Shown here: piece after piece, positions 37,476-50,774 of the stretch
How the letters are laid out: each line of letters begins with the position of its first letter
How positions within the stretch are numbered: the stretch's first letter is position 1
Source: Scyliorhinus canicula
Lineage: Eukaryota
NCBI RefSeq assembly: GCF_902713615.1
Contig: NC_052160.1
Location: 137,620,737 to 137,684,736 of the forward strand
DNA length: 64,000 nt
Direction: 5' to 3'
Made by a program: the position numbers and the translations under genes
The notes under the pieces: generated by a model
Seen by the model: the letters and a program-made list of their open reading frames with translations, nothing else
Database searches by the model: none
Told to the model about the DNA's origin: nothing

Positions 37476-40400
37476 GTGAGTTCCTTTTTTTTTAAACGTT
37501 GATCTTTAATATTCTTAAAAAGCATTTTTTTGCAACCTGAGCTGATGCGACCCAGAAACACTGAACTGACTCAGGCACCGGTGGTTTTGTCGGTGTGAGC
37601 TGCGGATGGTGTTACAAGTTGTAGGTGTTGTTGGAAAAGCCACGAATCTGCTCCTCCAGCATCTTCAATCAGCCTTCGCTCCTTTCCGCGCTTCCCCCTC
37701 TGCATTCTCACTCCATCTGCCTCGTCGCAGCTCTGTCTTCCCTGAAACACCAGCTCTTCATCAATCACAGGAAACTAACTGTTTGTTCTCTTTTCAGTTT
37801 AACACAACAAGTTCTGTGGGGGGGGGCACCTTGACCTCAGTAAAAGCTCTCAAGCAGATTCACATGGTGTTCCCTCAGCAGGTTGCATAGATGAATAGGG
37901 AACCTAGAAGACATGTATGTGTGTCTTAAAAGGCAAACTGTGGAATATTCTTCTTCTGTATAGAAGTAGATTTGGAGAACAAAGACTCACAATCGGCTGT
38001 TTTATTTCAGCCAAGATCACCAGCGTGAGAATAGACATTGAGTGGTTCTTTCTGTTTAAATGAATCTGCATTGCGACACATGTCTTTACCAGGGATTATT
38101 TCATCATATTTCTCAGCATCAGCTCGGAGCTGACAATTCTCTTCCTGTACCTGTTCATGTCGTCCGACATCATTTCCCATCTGCTTTTTAGTGACGAAAT
38201 TAGCACAGGCCACCTCCTTAGCCAATTCAGTCTTTGTGTGTTTACAAACTAACGGAGCCACAGAGAACCTGCCTTAACCCCCCTGTCCCCCTATTGCATG
38301 GTTATCTTGTTGAATCAGAACCGTAGAATTTCTGCAGTGCCGAAGGAAGCCATTCAGCCCATTGAGTCTGCACTGACCCTCTGAAAGAGCAGCCTACCAA
38401 GGCCCACAACCCCAACCCTATCCCCGGAACCCATAACATCACCCAACTTGCACATCTTTGGACACTAGTCTGTGGGATGAAACCGGAGCACCCGGAGGAA
38501 AACCACACGGACACAGGCAGAAAGCTCAAACTCCACACAAAAAGTAGCCGAAGGCCAGGATTGAACCCGAGTCCCTGGCACTGTCAGGCAGCAGTGCTAA
38601 CCACTGTGTCACCCTGCTGTCTCTCAGACATTGATGCTTAGATTTAAAACCCTAGTTTCAGTTTGATCGACATCACTTTCAAACTTAGTGTGAAGTATTT
38701 TCATATTGTGGTCACTCTTTCCGAAATACTATTATTAATTAGCCTATTTTCATCGCACAATACTGGATCTAAATTAGCAAGTTCCTCAGTGCACTATTCT
38801 AGACATCCATCTCCCATACATTCCATGAATTCATCTTCCACAACATTAATACTAATTAGGTTCACCTAACCTATTAGTACATTGATAAATAAATAATCAA
38901 TAACCTTTATTGACACAAGCAGGCTCACATTAACACTGCAATGAAGTTACTGTGAAAAGCCCCTAGTTGCCACATTCCGGCGCCTGATCAGGAACACAGA
39001 GGGAGAATTCAGAATTCTCAGCTGATACGGGAATTGAACCCACGCTGCTGGCCTTGTTCTGCATCACAAACCAGCTGTCAAGCCCACTGAGCTAAACCAG
39101 CCCCCAAAGCTTCCAAGAACATTGTATTATTTTTGTCAGACAGATCGCTAATTTCCTGATGTATATTGTGGTTTACTAAACCAATACTATTTGGTGGCCG
39201 ATAGACTACGCCCACCAATGTTTTCTGCCTGTTGCTGTTTCTTAGTTCCACCCAAACTAATTCGATGGGTGCAATTTAATAGAAAAACAGAGTCCCGCTT
39301 TGGGCGCATTTACCACGGTGTTTCCGACGCTTGGTAGCACAGAGAACGATCCCGCTATTATATAGGACTCTTTTTCCGGCCTCGGAGAGGAACGCCCCAC
39401 TTGGACTCATTTCCCGCTCAGCTTGCCAATGCAGGAAGAGATCTGGGCACCAATTTTAAATGGTGCCCAATTCTCAACCACCCATTGCAGCCTCCGGGTC
39501 CCACCCAGTGCCCCAATTTACCAATTAGGGGCTCCACGAGCCACCCCATAATCCATCTCATTAGGGCCGGGCAGCCCCTGTCCCAATCCCTGGCACAGGT
39601 AACCTGGCACATAGGTGCCTTGATACTGCCAGCCTGAGATCCTGGCAGTGCCCATGCCCACCTGTCAGTGTTACTTGGGCACCCTGGCAGGGCCAGAGTG
39701 GTAGTGACAGTGTGACACTGCCAGAATTCCAGCGTGGAAGTGCCAAGGTGCCGGCGTGGCATCAGGAGTGCCACCGTGCCCAGAGCCTGACACCCCCAGC
39801 CCTCCGATCGCCACGGCGATCCCCAAATGACATTATGCCTGGCACACATTTGTGGAAACCAGCACCATGGCAGGGTCTCGGAGGTGGGGCCATTCGATTC
39901 TGAGCCTTGCGCAACTTCTCACTAACTACTCACTTGAATATGGCAACGTTAGATCGCGTGAGATATAACAAGCATCGCAAACCTCAAATCCCTGGCGAGA
40001 TATCACAAACGCTGCATCCGCAAAATCCTGCAAATCCACTGGCAGGATAGGCGTCCCAACCTGAGAGCCCTCTCCCAGGACAATATCCCCAATATCGAGG
40101 CACTGGTCGCGCTCGACCAGCTGCAATGGGTGGGCCACATTGCCCGTATGCCCGATTCCCAAGACAAGTGCTCTAATCTGAGCTCCCCAATGGCAAGACA
40201 TCACCAGGAGGGCAGAGGAACCACTACAAGAACACTCTGAAAGTTTCCATAAATAAATGCAACACCCCAGGAACAGGTGGGAATTGGTTGCCTGAGAAGA
40301 AACAAACTGGGAAAAAACATCGGCGCGGAAGCCAATCACCTCGGGCGTCGCAGGGTGGAGCACGCACAGGCCAAGTGTAAACCGTGGAAAGAGATTGAGA

Positions 40401-40633
40401 ATCCAGAATGACCCAACCATCCACCTCATCAATCACCGCCTGCCAGATCTCTGGCAGCGCCTGCGGATCCACGATTGGCCTATTCAGCCACCGCAGAACC
40501 CACCTCCCCAGAGTGGAACCAGTCATCCTCGACCCTGAGGTACTGCCTTGAAGATGAAGTCCCTTGGTGCCAATGTCAGTCTGTCCATCCACACTATGCC
40601 CTTTAATCTTGTCTAAACAATCTGCAAGAATAT

Positions 40634-41306
40634 GGGGCGGGATTCTCCGCTCACTAGCGGGGCGGACTGGACTGACACGATGGAGTGGCGTGAACCACTC
40701 CGGGGTCGGGCACCTTCGGGGGCTAGGTCGGCGCTGGAGGGGTTGGCGTCGCGCCAACCAGCACCGAAGGGCCTCTGCCGGCCGGCGCGTGTTGGCGCAT
40801 GTGCGGGAGCGCCAGCGTGTGCTGGCCTCAACCCAGTGCATGCACAGGGAGGTTCTTCACCGCGCCGGCAATGGCAGACCGCTACAGCGGCCAGCGTGGA
40901 GGGAAAGAGTTCCCCCACGGCACAGGCCCACCCGCGGATCGGTGGGCATCGATCGCGGGCCAGGCCACCGTGGGTGCACCCCCTGGACCAGATCCCCCCC
41001 CCAAGGACTCCGCAGGCCGCCCGCAGAGCCCGGTCCCGCCAGTACGGACCTGGTTTGATTTACGCCGGCGGGACCGGCCGAAAACGGGCAGCTGCGCGGC
41101 CCATCGCGGAGCAGGAAATCGCCAAGTGGGTGCTGACAGCGGCTGCCGACCGGCGCGATTCCCGCCCCTGCCAAAACCTTGCTGCCGGAGAATTCGGCAG
41201 GCGCCGTCGGGGGGGGGGGGGGGGGGGGGGGGGGGCGGTGCGGGATTCACGCCGCCCCACCCCCAGCGATTCTCCCACCCAGCGGGGGGTCGGAGAATCC
41301 CACCCC
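40634..41306. mobile_element. PIF/Harbinger-type MITE, copy B (retains 76 bp deleted in copy A)
   Basis: Termini GGGGCGGGATTCTC...GAGAATCCCACCCC. Confidence 0.8.
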
Positions 41307-42305
41307 TCATACTTGTTGTTCAACTGGAAGGGCTGAAGATCCTGCACTCCCTCCTTCTCAATCCCCTTAACCTACTTGACTCACATGTCACACCCTTCAG
41401 TCCCTGATCACTAAACAAATCAGAGGATGCTAATCAAGACAGTGTGGACTGCCTTCTGGAAAAATGTTTCCAGGTAACGTTCCTGCTCGCTGATGCATTC
41501 CAATGTCCGTGATGTGACCATCAATTCACGCGAGACAGAGAGTTGGATTGCAGTGGTAACCATGAGCCCCCACGTGCTGTAGTCTTAACAAAAACTGCCA
41601 TCTTTGTATCAATTAAATTTATTTTGCTTAATTAATTTGTGGTTCCCCTCTTCACAAAACTCACTCTTGCACACACTTAAGCACTCGTGCACTCATACAC
41701 ACACTCGTGTACTCAAGCACTCAAGCATCCGTGCTTGTCAAGGGTGTCTAGGCCACATGTTTAAACATAAATCTCATCCCTGATACCTTTTTAATTGTTA
41801 TTGCCGGTCCGACAGTTCACCCCACCCTCCATTGATTGAAATTGAAGTTAAATCAAAAGACTCTCTGACTAATCGGCCCTACCAGCAACTGTAAAATTAG
41901 ATGGGCCACGTAAACTTTGCTTTCATTGATCCCTTACTGGGCTAAAGTGCCCCTAAAGTGATTGTGGGTGGGCACACATCTGACCCTCACGTGCACCCGC
42001 CAATTGAAATAATTTGCAAGTGCACAATGACGTTGGGATGAGCTCCTGACGCCTCTCTGTGAGATACACACGCTCCCGGGTCAGGCAGGACCTTGCCAGA
42101 GCAATGTAATATTCTGACCTGTGTACAGGCAGTGATTTGACAGATTGTTGGTGAAATGAGGTGAATGATTGTTGGGGAAATGTGACTTGATCGGTAATTG
42201 CAAAGGAGATTGCCCTAACAATGAAACAGCCGCGTTTACTTGGTTGTTGTTTTTGTTGATTCTGATGAAGCTATTAATAACCTTTCGTCATTAATATCCC
42301 AACAG

Positions 42306-42629
42306 ATTTGTGTCAATTAACTGGACCCAAGAAGGTTTCTGGGGAATTAGGAAGATCAATCACTGTGAACTGTCAGTATGATCGGAAATACGAGGACAAT
42401 GTTAAACTATGGTGTAAAGGTTCTTATTACATAGGAAGTTCTGTTGTGGTTTCCACTGAACATCCAGAAAAAGGAAAAGTAACTCTGACTGACAACAAAA
42501 CACAAGGAATATTTTCAGTGACCATGGATAAGCTAATAAAGAGCGATGGAGGACGATACTGGTGTGTGATAGAAACAAGACTATTTAAATATAATAAAAT
42601 GGTTTCTGTTGACATAGAATTATCTGAAG
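42306..42629 (+). CDS. Gene 3 Ig V-set domain exon, CD300/pIgR/CMRF35-like
   Basis: aacag|AT...GAA G|gtaaga. Encodes LCQLTGPKKVSGELGRSITVNCQYDRKYEDNVKLWCKG...SDGGRYWC, retaining the family W-C-K-G motif. Confidence 0.95.
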
Positions 42630-43129
42630 GTAAGATACTAACGGATTTCCTTTTAATTTATTCAGTCAAAATTTTAACATTTGAAATCAGAAATACCACC
42701 TGTCCCACCAGAGGACCAGCAGATCAACAGACTTGGCAATGTCACCAAACGGTGTGGCCACTGCTGAGGCGACAGGATGACGATGAAGCATCTCCACTCT
42801 GAGGCACCATCAGAGAATAGTATTTACAAAGCTGGGGCCTAGTCGGCAGGCTTCAGCCATCAGGGGGTGCACCTTCCATTATGGGCCATGGAGGCTTCCC
42901 CCTTCCATGGAACCCACTGGGATAAAGGCCAGGGTTTATCTGGATGTCTCAACTTGTGGTGGCAGCTGCTCCCAATACCTGGAAATTGCTGATTGCAGCA
43001 GAACGTGGCCCTTAATTGGGCAATTAATCGGTTTAATTGCAAGGAGACAAGAGGCAGAGAGGTAGCCGGTGGTGTAGTGGTATTGTCACTGGACTAGTAA
43101 TCCAGAGACCCAGGCAAATACTCTGGGCT

Positions 43130-43420
43130 AAAAGCAAATTACTGCGGTTGCTGGAATCTGAAAGCAAAGAGGAAATGCTGGAAAATCTCAGCAGGTCTGG
43201 CAGCATCTGTCGGGAGAGAAAAGAGCCAACGTTTCGAGTCCAGATGACCTTGGTCAAAGCTAAAAGACCGAGAAAGTGGGAAATATTTATACTGGAGTGT
43301 GAATGAAAGATGAGTCATAGCCACAGAAACCAAGGGAACAGAGTGCAGATAGCTACAGAAACCAAGGGAACAGAGTGCAGACAGCTGCAGAAACCAAGGG
43401 GGAAGGGTGCTAATAATCCA
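43130..43420 (+). mobile_element. Penelope-like element fragment
   Basis: ACTGCGGTTGCTGGAATCTG...AAATGCTGGAAAATCTCAGCAGGTCTGGCAGCATCTGT resembles the terminal region of shark Penelope-like repeats, recognised from memory only. Confidence 0.5.
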
Positions 43421-43439
43421 GGTGGTGATCTTCAGATTC

Positions 43440-43700
43440 TGCAGCAGTACCTTTACGTTAAGGCCCCTCCTAGACGATGTACCCCTGGTGACGCATTTCT
43501 TCCACCAGGTGCACGGCCTGCACTATGACATGCAACACCTGTTCGTAGACCAGACCTATCGTCACAATTCTTTGCAGGTGTTGTCCATCTTTTACCAGGA
43601 CCTTCTCAAAGTCTGGAACATGGTCACGCGCGCCGCAGCTCCTCCCCTGTCAGGAGTAGCGACTGTCATCAGAGAGCCACTGCTCAGGAAGCTGCACCTC
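43440..43700 (+). mobile_element. Tx1-like LINE ORF2 fragment
   Basis: FHQVHGLHYDMQHLFVD...FYQDLLKVWNMV...IREPLLR. Confidence 0.55.
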
Positions 43701-44008
43701 CACTAATACCACTTCTCCAAAATGGCCAAGCAAGTCAATCAGTGCAAGGGCAATTAGAAATGGGCAACAAAAACTGACCCTGCTCGTGACATCCACATAC
43801 CACAAAATAATTTTAAAATCCCACCAACTGGGGGTAGGTGAATTCTCGTTGTGTAACTGAGGTTGCTGCCGCTGACAATACATTGGGCGGCCCTCCTGTC
43901 ACCGCCCCCCCCCCCCCCCCCATTGTCCAAGTCTCAGCTGCCTCCCAATTCACTGTGCACAAAAAGTATATTTAATAATAAAGTGTTCAACAAGTTTGTC
44001 TCTTATAG

Positions 44009-44114
44009 GCCAACCACAGAGGTCAACAATGAGCCCATCTACTGTCACAACAGAAAGTAACAAGACTCCTGTTACCACAGCTCTCACCACTTCTACCACT
44101 GCTAACTTTCACAA
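44009..44114 (+). CDS. Gene 3 mucin-like stalk exon
   Basis: tcttatag|GC CAA...CAC AA|gtgagt, phase 1-2. Encodes GQPQRSTMSPSTVTTESNKTPVTTALTTSTTANFH, with an N-K-T sequon. Confidence 0.88.
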
Positions 44115-44184
44115 GTGAGTCCTGTAAAAACTGAACTCAGTATATTTGCTTCTGTAGTATTCGTACATGCTATCTGTATTCTTT

Positions 44185-44560
44185 GAAGGTGTAACAAGCC
44201 AAGTGGATAATGGGGATCCTGTAGATGTAGTATATCTGGACGTCCGGAGGGCATTTTATAAGGTGACGCACAGAAGGTTAATGCACAATGTTAGATCACA
44301 TGGGATTGGGGTAATTTATTATCTTGGATAGAAGACTGGCTGACGGACAGAAGACAGAGAGTCAGGATAAACGGGCCTTTTTCTGGATGGCAGGGTGTAA
44401 CTAGTGGGGTTGCAGAGCGTTTGGTGCTTGGGCCCCAACTACTTACAATCTATATTAATGACTCAGAGACAGGGATAGAAAGTTCTATGGACAAATTTGC
44501 AGATGACACTAAAACAGGTGAGACAGTAAATTGCAATGAGGAAATAAGAACCTTAGAAAT
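44185..44560 (+). mobile_element. CR1 RT fragment
   Basis: VDVVYLD...WLTDRRQRVRING...LGPQLLTIYIND...KFADDTK. Confidence 0.8.
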
Positions 44561-44660
44561 GGATATAGACGGGCAGCACGGTGACGCAGTGGATATCACA
44601 GGTTTGGAAGCTGTTGCTGAACAAGCTTTGGGAAGTTGCTGTAATGCAGCCTCAACAGAG

Positions 44661-46160
44661 GATTGGATTGGATTTATTTATTGTCACGTGTACCGAGGTA
44701 CAGTGAAAAGTATTTTTCTGTGAGCAGCTAAACAGATCATTAAGTACATGGGAAGAAAAGAAAATACCTAATAGGGCAACACAAGGTATACAGTGTAACT
44801 ACATAAGCACCGGCATCGGATGAAGCATACAGGGTGTAGAGTTAATGAGGTCAGTCCATAAGAGGGTCATTTAGGAGTCTGGTGACAGTGGGGAAGAAAC
44901 TGTTTTTGAGTCAGTTTCGTGCGTGTTCTCAGACTTCTGTATCTCCTGCCCGATGGAAGAAGTTGGAAGAGTGAGTAAGCCGGGTGGGAGGGATCTTTGA
45001 TTATGCTGCCCGCTTTCCCCAGGCAGCGGGAGGTGTAGATGGAGTTCACGACTCTCTGAAGTTTCTTGCGGTCCTGGGCCGAGCAGTTGCCATACCAGGC
45101 TGATGCAGCCCGATAGGATGCTTTCTATGGTGCATCTGTAAAAGTTGGTAAGGGTTAATGTGGACATGCCGAATTTCTTTAGTTTCCTGAGGAAGTATAG
45201 GCGCTGTTGTGCTTTCTTGGTGGTAGCGTCGATGTGGGTGGACCAGGACAGATTTTTGGAGATGTGCACCCCTAGGAATTTGAAAATGCTAACCATCTCC
45301 ACCTCGGCCCCGTTGATGCTGACAGGGGTGTGTACAGTACTTTGCTTCCTGAAGTCAATGACCAGCTCTTTAGTTTTGCTGGCATTGAGGGAGAGATTGT
45401 TGTCTTTACACCACTCCACTAGGTTCTCTATCTCCCTCCTGTATTCTGACTAGTCGTTATTCGAGATCCGGCCCACTATGGTCGTATCGTCAGCAAACTT
45501 GTAGATGGAGTTGAAACCAAGTTTTGCCACGCAGTCATGTGTAGGGAGCTAAGTACGCAGCCTTGCGGGGCCCCGGTGCTGCGGACTATTGTCGAGGGGG
45601 TGTTGTTGTTCATTCTTACTGATTGTGGTCAGTTGGTCAGAAAATCGAGGATCCAGTTGCAGAGTGGGGAGCCAAGTCCTAGGTTTTGGAGCTTTGATAT
45701 GAGCTTGGCTGGGATTATGATGTTGAAGGCGGAGCTGTGGTCAATAAATAGGAATCTATTGTAGGAGTCCTTGTTTTCAAGATGCTCTAGGGAAATGGCG
45801 TCTGATGTGGACCGTTTGCAACGGATATGCGAATTGGATCAAGGCATTCTGGGAGTATGGAGGTGATGCGCTTCATGATCAACCTCTCGAAGCACTTCAT
45901 TACGACTGAAGTCAGGGCCACTGGACGGTAGTCATTGAGGCACGTTGCCTGGTTCTTCTTTGGTACCGGTATGATGGTGGTCTTCTTGAAGCAGGTGGGA
46001 ACCTCGGAGTGGAGTAGGGACAGGTTAAAGATGTCCGCGAATACCTCTGCCAGCTGGACCACGCAGGCCCTGAGTGCACGACCAGGGATCCCGTCCGGGC
46101 CTGTCGCCTTCCAAGTGTTCACTTTCAGGAAGGCCGATCTGACTTCGGAAGCTGTGATGC
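44661..46160 (-). mobile_element. Rex1/Babar-like LINE RT fragment
   Basis: KATGPDGIPGRALRAC...LNDYRPVALTSVVMKCFERL and WCKDNNLSLNASKTKELVIDFRK...KKAQQRLYFLRKL, with a GATTG-repeat tail at ~44661. Confidence 0.85.
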
Positions 46161-48039
46161 TGGGTATGGGTGAATTATGGGCTGATCTGTTGGGTGAACT
46201 CGCAGAGAGTCGCCTCGCTCCGGCGCCATCTTGGAATCTCAGAGAGATGCCGTCTCACCAGAACACAGCTCATCTCTCAGCAATTCCTGTTTGAGATATT
46301 TTCACTGTGTGTACAAAGCCCAAAGCCCCCTGGATGTGGGGTGCGATTCAGCGAGCACATTACGGAGGCAATGGGTGCATTCCAGGAAAGGCTCAAATCA
46401 AGCTTCACACCGAGTGCTGGTCCAATCACCCGACTCGCTACGCCCAGCGCGATCTGGATCACGCCTTCACTAGGTAGGATCCTGATATTTAAATGAGTAA
46501 TTGGGCTTATTTAAATACCCGGTCGCTGTATTCACCCGTCGCCCAAGAGTCACCAGCCATGCCAGCGAGGCCTCAATCGGGCGCCGTTCAGCTTCCACAA
46601 CCATGGGCCAGGCGTGATGGCACCTCATTGCTGTCTCGCAGGGCATCAGAGGGTGCCCCCCCTTCCCTGGTGGCCTGGGACTGGGCACTCCCCCGGCACC
46701 TGGGCATCTTGGCATTCTAGCTTAGCACCCTGGCAGTGCCAACCAAGTGTTAGCTTTTGGCTGCTGTTGAGTAAAGAGTCAAGAGTTCTGCTCCTTTCCC
46801 AAACACCTTTACTTTCCTTGAACGCACTCCATACAAAACTCTATCACCACACACCACAAGTGCCACCTGCAAACCCTTCACATATCAATGTCAATTATTG
46901 GATACTTAACACCAATTTGACATGTAATTGAAATGTCTCTTAACCCATTCCTAACACCAAGCACCCAGGCAGTGCCAATCTGGCACTGTCGGGGTGGCTG
47001 GTTTGCACTTCCAGGGTTCCCAGTCGGCACTGCCAAGAGGGCCTGAGAGGGCCGAAGGAAGGGTGGAGTGGTGAAGGGGGGGGTCTTGAAAGGGGAGGGT
47101 GTAGAGATGGGGGCGGCCTTTCAGAATCGCACTCTGATCTCTGACCTGCTGGTGAGCTCCGATCCGCAGCGCAGGAAACCTCTCCGAGTGTGGCTTCAAT
47201 GGGGAGGAATTCTCCGAGGCCCACAAACATGGCTAGGTGCCATTGAACGGCTGTGTCATTCTCGGCACTGCGGCCCCTTAGAAACATCCCACCACACCCT
47301 CCCGAAACCAGACTCAGAAATGATTGGGGTGAATTGTGCTCCTAATTACATGAATGCAGGAAGTAAGTCGGTTCACAAGAATGTAACCCGCACATTTGCG
47401 TTAAATTCCTATTTTAACAGAAACGTTTAATGTGCTTTTGAAAAACATTTGCAAATATAGCAGGAAAAATAATTTAGTAGGAACACATTAAATGTTCAGG
47501 AACTAATCTTGGCACGGTATGGTTCCAAAGGCACAGAGTTTCCTTAAATGGCAGCAGAAAGAATGATAATAATAATAATCTTTATTAGTGTTACAAGTAG
47601 GCTTACATTGCAATGAAGTTACTGTGAAAAGCTCCTAGTCGCCACACTCCGGCGCCTGTACGGGTACACAGACAGAGAATTCAGAATGTCCAAATTACCT
47701 AACAACACGTCTTTGGGGACTTGTGGGAGGAAACTGGAGCACCCGGAGAAACCCACGCAGACACTGGGAGAACGTGCAGACTCCGCACAGGCCGTGACCC
47801 AGCGGGGAATCGAACCTGGGACCCTGGCCCTGTGAAGCCACGGTGCTAACCACTGCGCTGCCGTGCTGCCCTTAGTTGCTTATTTCATGCACCACTTAGA
47901 GCTACAGGTTTAGCAACATTAAAATGTATTTCTTATTTGCACTTGATCAGATTGCGACTGAGTGAACTTGCGAGGAATGTTGTACGATTACATCAGTTGT
48001 GACGGTCTCATGCCCCATTATCTGAATTGTATTTTGCAG

Positions 48040-48146
48040 CGAGGGACCGTGGGGTGTGATCCTGCCGGTGGTCTTGGCGCTCTTCATCCTACTGGTCATC
48101 GCTGCTGTTATTCTTTATGTAAAACTGAGGCAGCAGAAGAAAAACG
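48040..48146 (+). CDS. Gene 3 transmembrane exon (no charged TM residue)
   Basis: attttgcag|C GAG...AAC G|gtacgt, phase 2-1. Encodes EGPWGVILPVVLALFILLVIAAVILYV followed by the stop-transfer KLRQQKKN. Confidence 0.9.
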
Positions 48147-49364
48147 GTACGTTCTGTCCGCAACAGAATGTAAAAATCAGCCGCAGCAAATATAACTATG
48201 AGAACAAATGAGCATTTATTTATGCAGCGTTTCCCGGCACCTCGGGGAATCCCTGAATCACTTAACAACCAATTAAATATTTTGAAGAGCAGTGACTGTC
48301 GCAATGTCGGAATTGCATCTAATTTGTACACAGCAAGATCCCAAAAACTGCAATGAGCAGAGTCATTGATTAATGACATGAATTGAGGGGTAAATATTGG
48401 TCCTGATGGCTATGAGAATTCCTCTGGTCTTCTTTGAGGTATTTAGAAGGAGAGGGAGGGGGAGGGAGGGGGGGGGGGGGGGTGGAGGGACTGGATTCTA
48501 TTTAGCTGATGTGATTTTAAAACAATTTGAAGGATTGATCAGCAGGAGCTATAATTCAGTCTGCTGTTAAAAACCACCTCATTCAGCGAGGAATAACTGT
48601 TTCAAGTGTTTTTACAACCAGACTCGCAGAATAAAATGTATAATTGATTTTCACCTGCAAGGACCTCAACAGCGCACCCGGTGGGGAAGCAGGTTATCAA
48701 TGAAAGCAGTGAACTCTGCGTATGTTAATAGCAGAAGTTGTCATCAGTTTCCTAGAATCATAGTGACAAATGCTGACAGATCATCAGCATTACAGCTGAA
48801 TGTCAGGTGTTACTGCCACAGTGCCGGGGTATCCTGGATTACCTACATCCACGGTAGCACAATGGTTAGCACTGTTGCCTCGCAGCGCCAGAGACCGGGT
48901 TCGATTCCCGGCTTGAGCCACTGTCTGTGCGGAGTCTGCACATTCTCCCCGTGTCTGCGTGGGTTTCCTCCGTGATGTGCGGGTTAGGTGGACTGACCAC
49001 GCTAAATTGCTCCGTAGTGTCCAAAGGTTAGGTGGGGTTGCTAGGTTACGGGGATGGGGTGGAGGTGTGGGCTCAGATAAGGCGCTCTTTCAGGGGCCAG
49101 CATAGACTCGATGGGCCGAATGGCCTTCTTCTGCACTGTAACTTCTATGATTCTATGATTGCAAGAGGAAGATTGGGTAGGGTGAAAAGCAAATGGCCAC
49201 ATAGGTTTGTGCCCCGTCTTCTCCCATGTGATCCAATGCATGCAGGTCCGGGAGGAGGAAAGTCTACTCCTTTGTGTCTTTCCAGGGCACTTGAAGATTT
49301 GCAAGCAGTTTAGTAATGTCTTCAAATGGTCTAAATTATGAATCCAGTACATTAGAAACCCATT

Positions 49365-50086
49365 GGGCGAAATTCTCCACCCCCCACGACGGGTGGGAGA
49401 ATAGCGGGAGGGCCTTCCCGACTTTTTTGACGCCCTCCCGCTATTCTCCCACCCCCCCGCCGAAATCCCGACACGAATCGCTGCCGCCGTTTTTTTACGG
49501 CCGGCAGCGATTCACAGCTGTTAGAAGGGCCGAAGTCCCAGCCCTTTACGACCTTTTTACGAACGGCAAACACACCTGGTCCTGCCGTTCGTAAAAACGT
49601 CGTGACTACCTGGAAAAAAATAACCATGGCACCGATTGGCACGGCAGTACCACGGCCGTGCCAAGGGTGCCATGGGCCCGCGATCGGTGCCCACCGATCG
49701 CGGGCAGCGGGCCCGATGCCCGCGCACTATTTGTCCTTCCGCCGCCCCGCAGTATCAATACGCGGGGCGGCTGAGGGGCAACCCGGACCGCGCATGCGCG
49801 GGTTTCGCGCAAAAACGCGGTGACGTCACCCGCGCATGCGCGGGTGGCGTCTTCCCACCTGCGCATGCGCGGCTGACGTCATATGACGCGTCAGCCGGCG
49901 CTAAGTCCGACAAGCGGGTTTAACGATTTTCGTTAAGCCCGACTTGTCGGAGCCTCCGACGTCGGGCTGCTAGCCCCGACGGGGGACCAGAATCGGTCCC
50001 CCGTCGGGAAGGGGCGCGATGCCGTAAAACCCGCCCGGGTTTTACGGCGGTTTGACGATTTTTCCCGTTTTGGGAGAATTTCGCCC
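49365..50086. mobile_element. PIF/Harbinger-type MITE in the gene 3 intron after the TM exon
   Basis: Perfect 14-bp TIR GGGCGAAATTCTCC; flanks ATT/ATA match at 2 of 3 positions. Confidence 0.85.
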
Positions 50087-50284
50087 ATAGATTCTGTTAT
50101 ACAATGGAATATCTTGAGGATGCGATTGGAAACTAACAAGGTCTATCTTTCAGAAGAATAAAATCTCCACCTAAATCATAGGTCAAATATCGATTAAATA
50201 AATAAAGCCCATCAAGAATCTTTGCATATTTGAACTCAATAAAGTTCTGATAATAAAATGATGTTTGATAATTTTCTTTTGCAG

Positions 50285-50337
50285 TCACGACCGGACAGAA
50301 CCTTTCTGGTGTGGAAAATTCTGTGGCAGTCCGTCAG
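50285..50337 (+). CDS. Gene 3 cytoplasmic exon 1
   Basis: ttttcttttgcag|TC ACG...CGT CAG|gtgaga, phase 1-0, which bridges the TM and ITIM exons. Encodes VTTGQNLSGVENSVAVRQ. Confidence 0.75.
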
Positions 50338-50414
50338 GTGAGATGATGTCGCGTCAATGGTCACACCATGACAGCAGACCCAAAGAGACAATTCCAAACA
50401 TAGATTGGGTACAG

Positions 50415-50774
50415 CAGGGGTGGGCATACCTTTCCGTGCAAGGGCCACATTCAGAAATTCACAATTTTAAAGGGCCGCATAGTATATTAAGTAAAATAAT
50501 TACTTCACCCGGTTATGATTCTGGGCGCCTCATATAGAACATAGAACAGTACAGCACAGAACAGGCCCTTCGGCCCTCGACGTTGTGCTGAGCAATGATC
50601 ACTCTACTCAAGTCAACGTATCCACCCTATACCAGTAAGTAACCCAACAGCCATTAACCTTAAAAAAATAATTTTAAATTTTTTTTTTTTTAATTTAAAA
50701 ATTGACTTGGTGGGCCCCATAAAGACCTTTGGCAGGCCGCATGCGGCCCGCGGGCCGTAGTTTTCCCACCCCTG
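50415..50774. mobile_element. hAT-type MITE with a nested retroposon tail
   Basis: TIR CAGGGGTGGG...CCCACCCCTG and a perfect 8-bp TSD GGGTACAG (50407-50414, 50775-50782). Confidence 0.88.

Larger units (their letters stand above)
22854..42770 (+). repeat. Segmental duplication copy B (probably extends left to at least 22306)
   Basis: Same order of TE fragments and exons as 1-19952. Differs by scattered SNPs, poly-C/G length changes and a few copy-specific indels. Confidence 0.97.

Noticed and set aside
1-42770. The duplication as a pure haplotype-assembly artefact
   Set aside because: The copies lead into different stalk, TM and tail exons and carry copy-specific TE insertions with clean empty sites, which favours true paralogs. 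A read-depth check is still advisable.
48850-48930. tRNA-like A/B-box sequences as tRNA genes
   Set aside because: They are SINE heads followed by SINE bodies and tails; no complete cloverleaf was seen.
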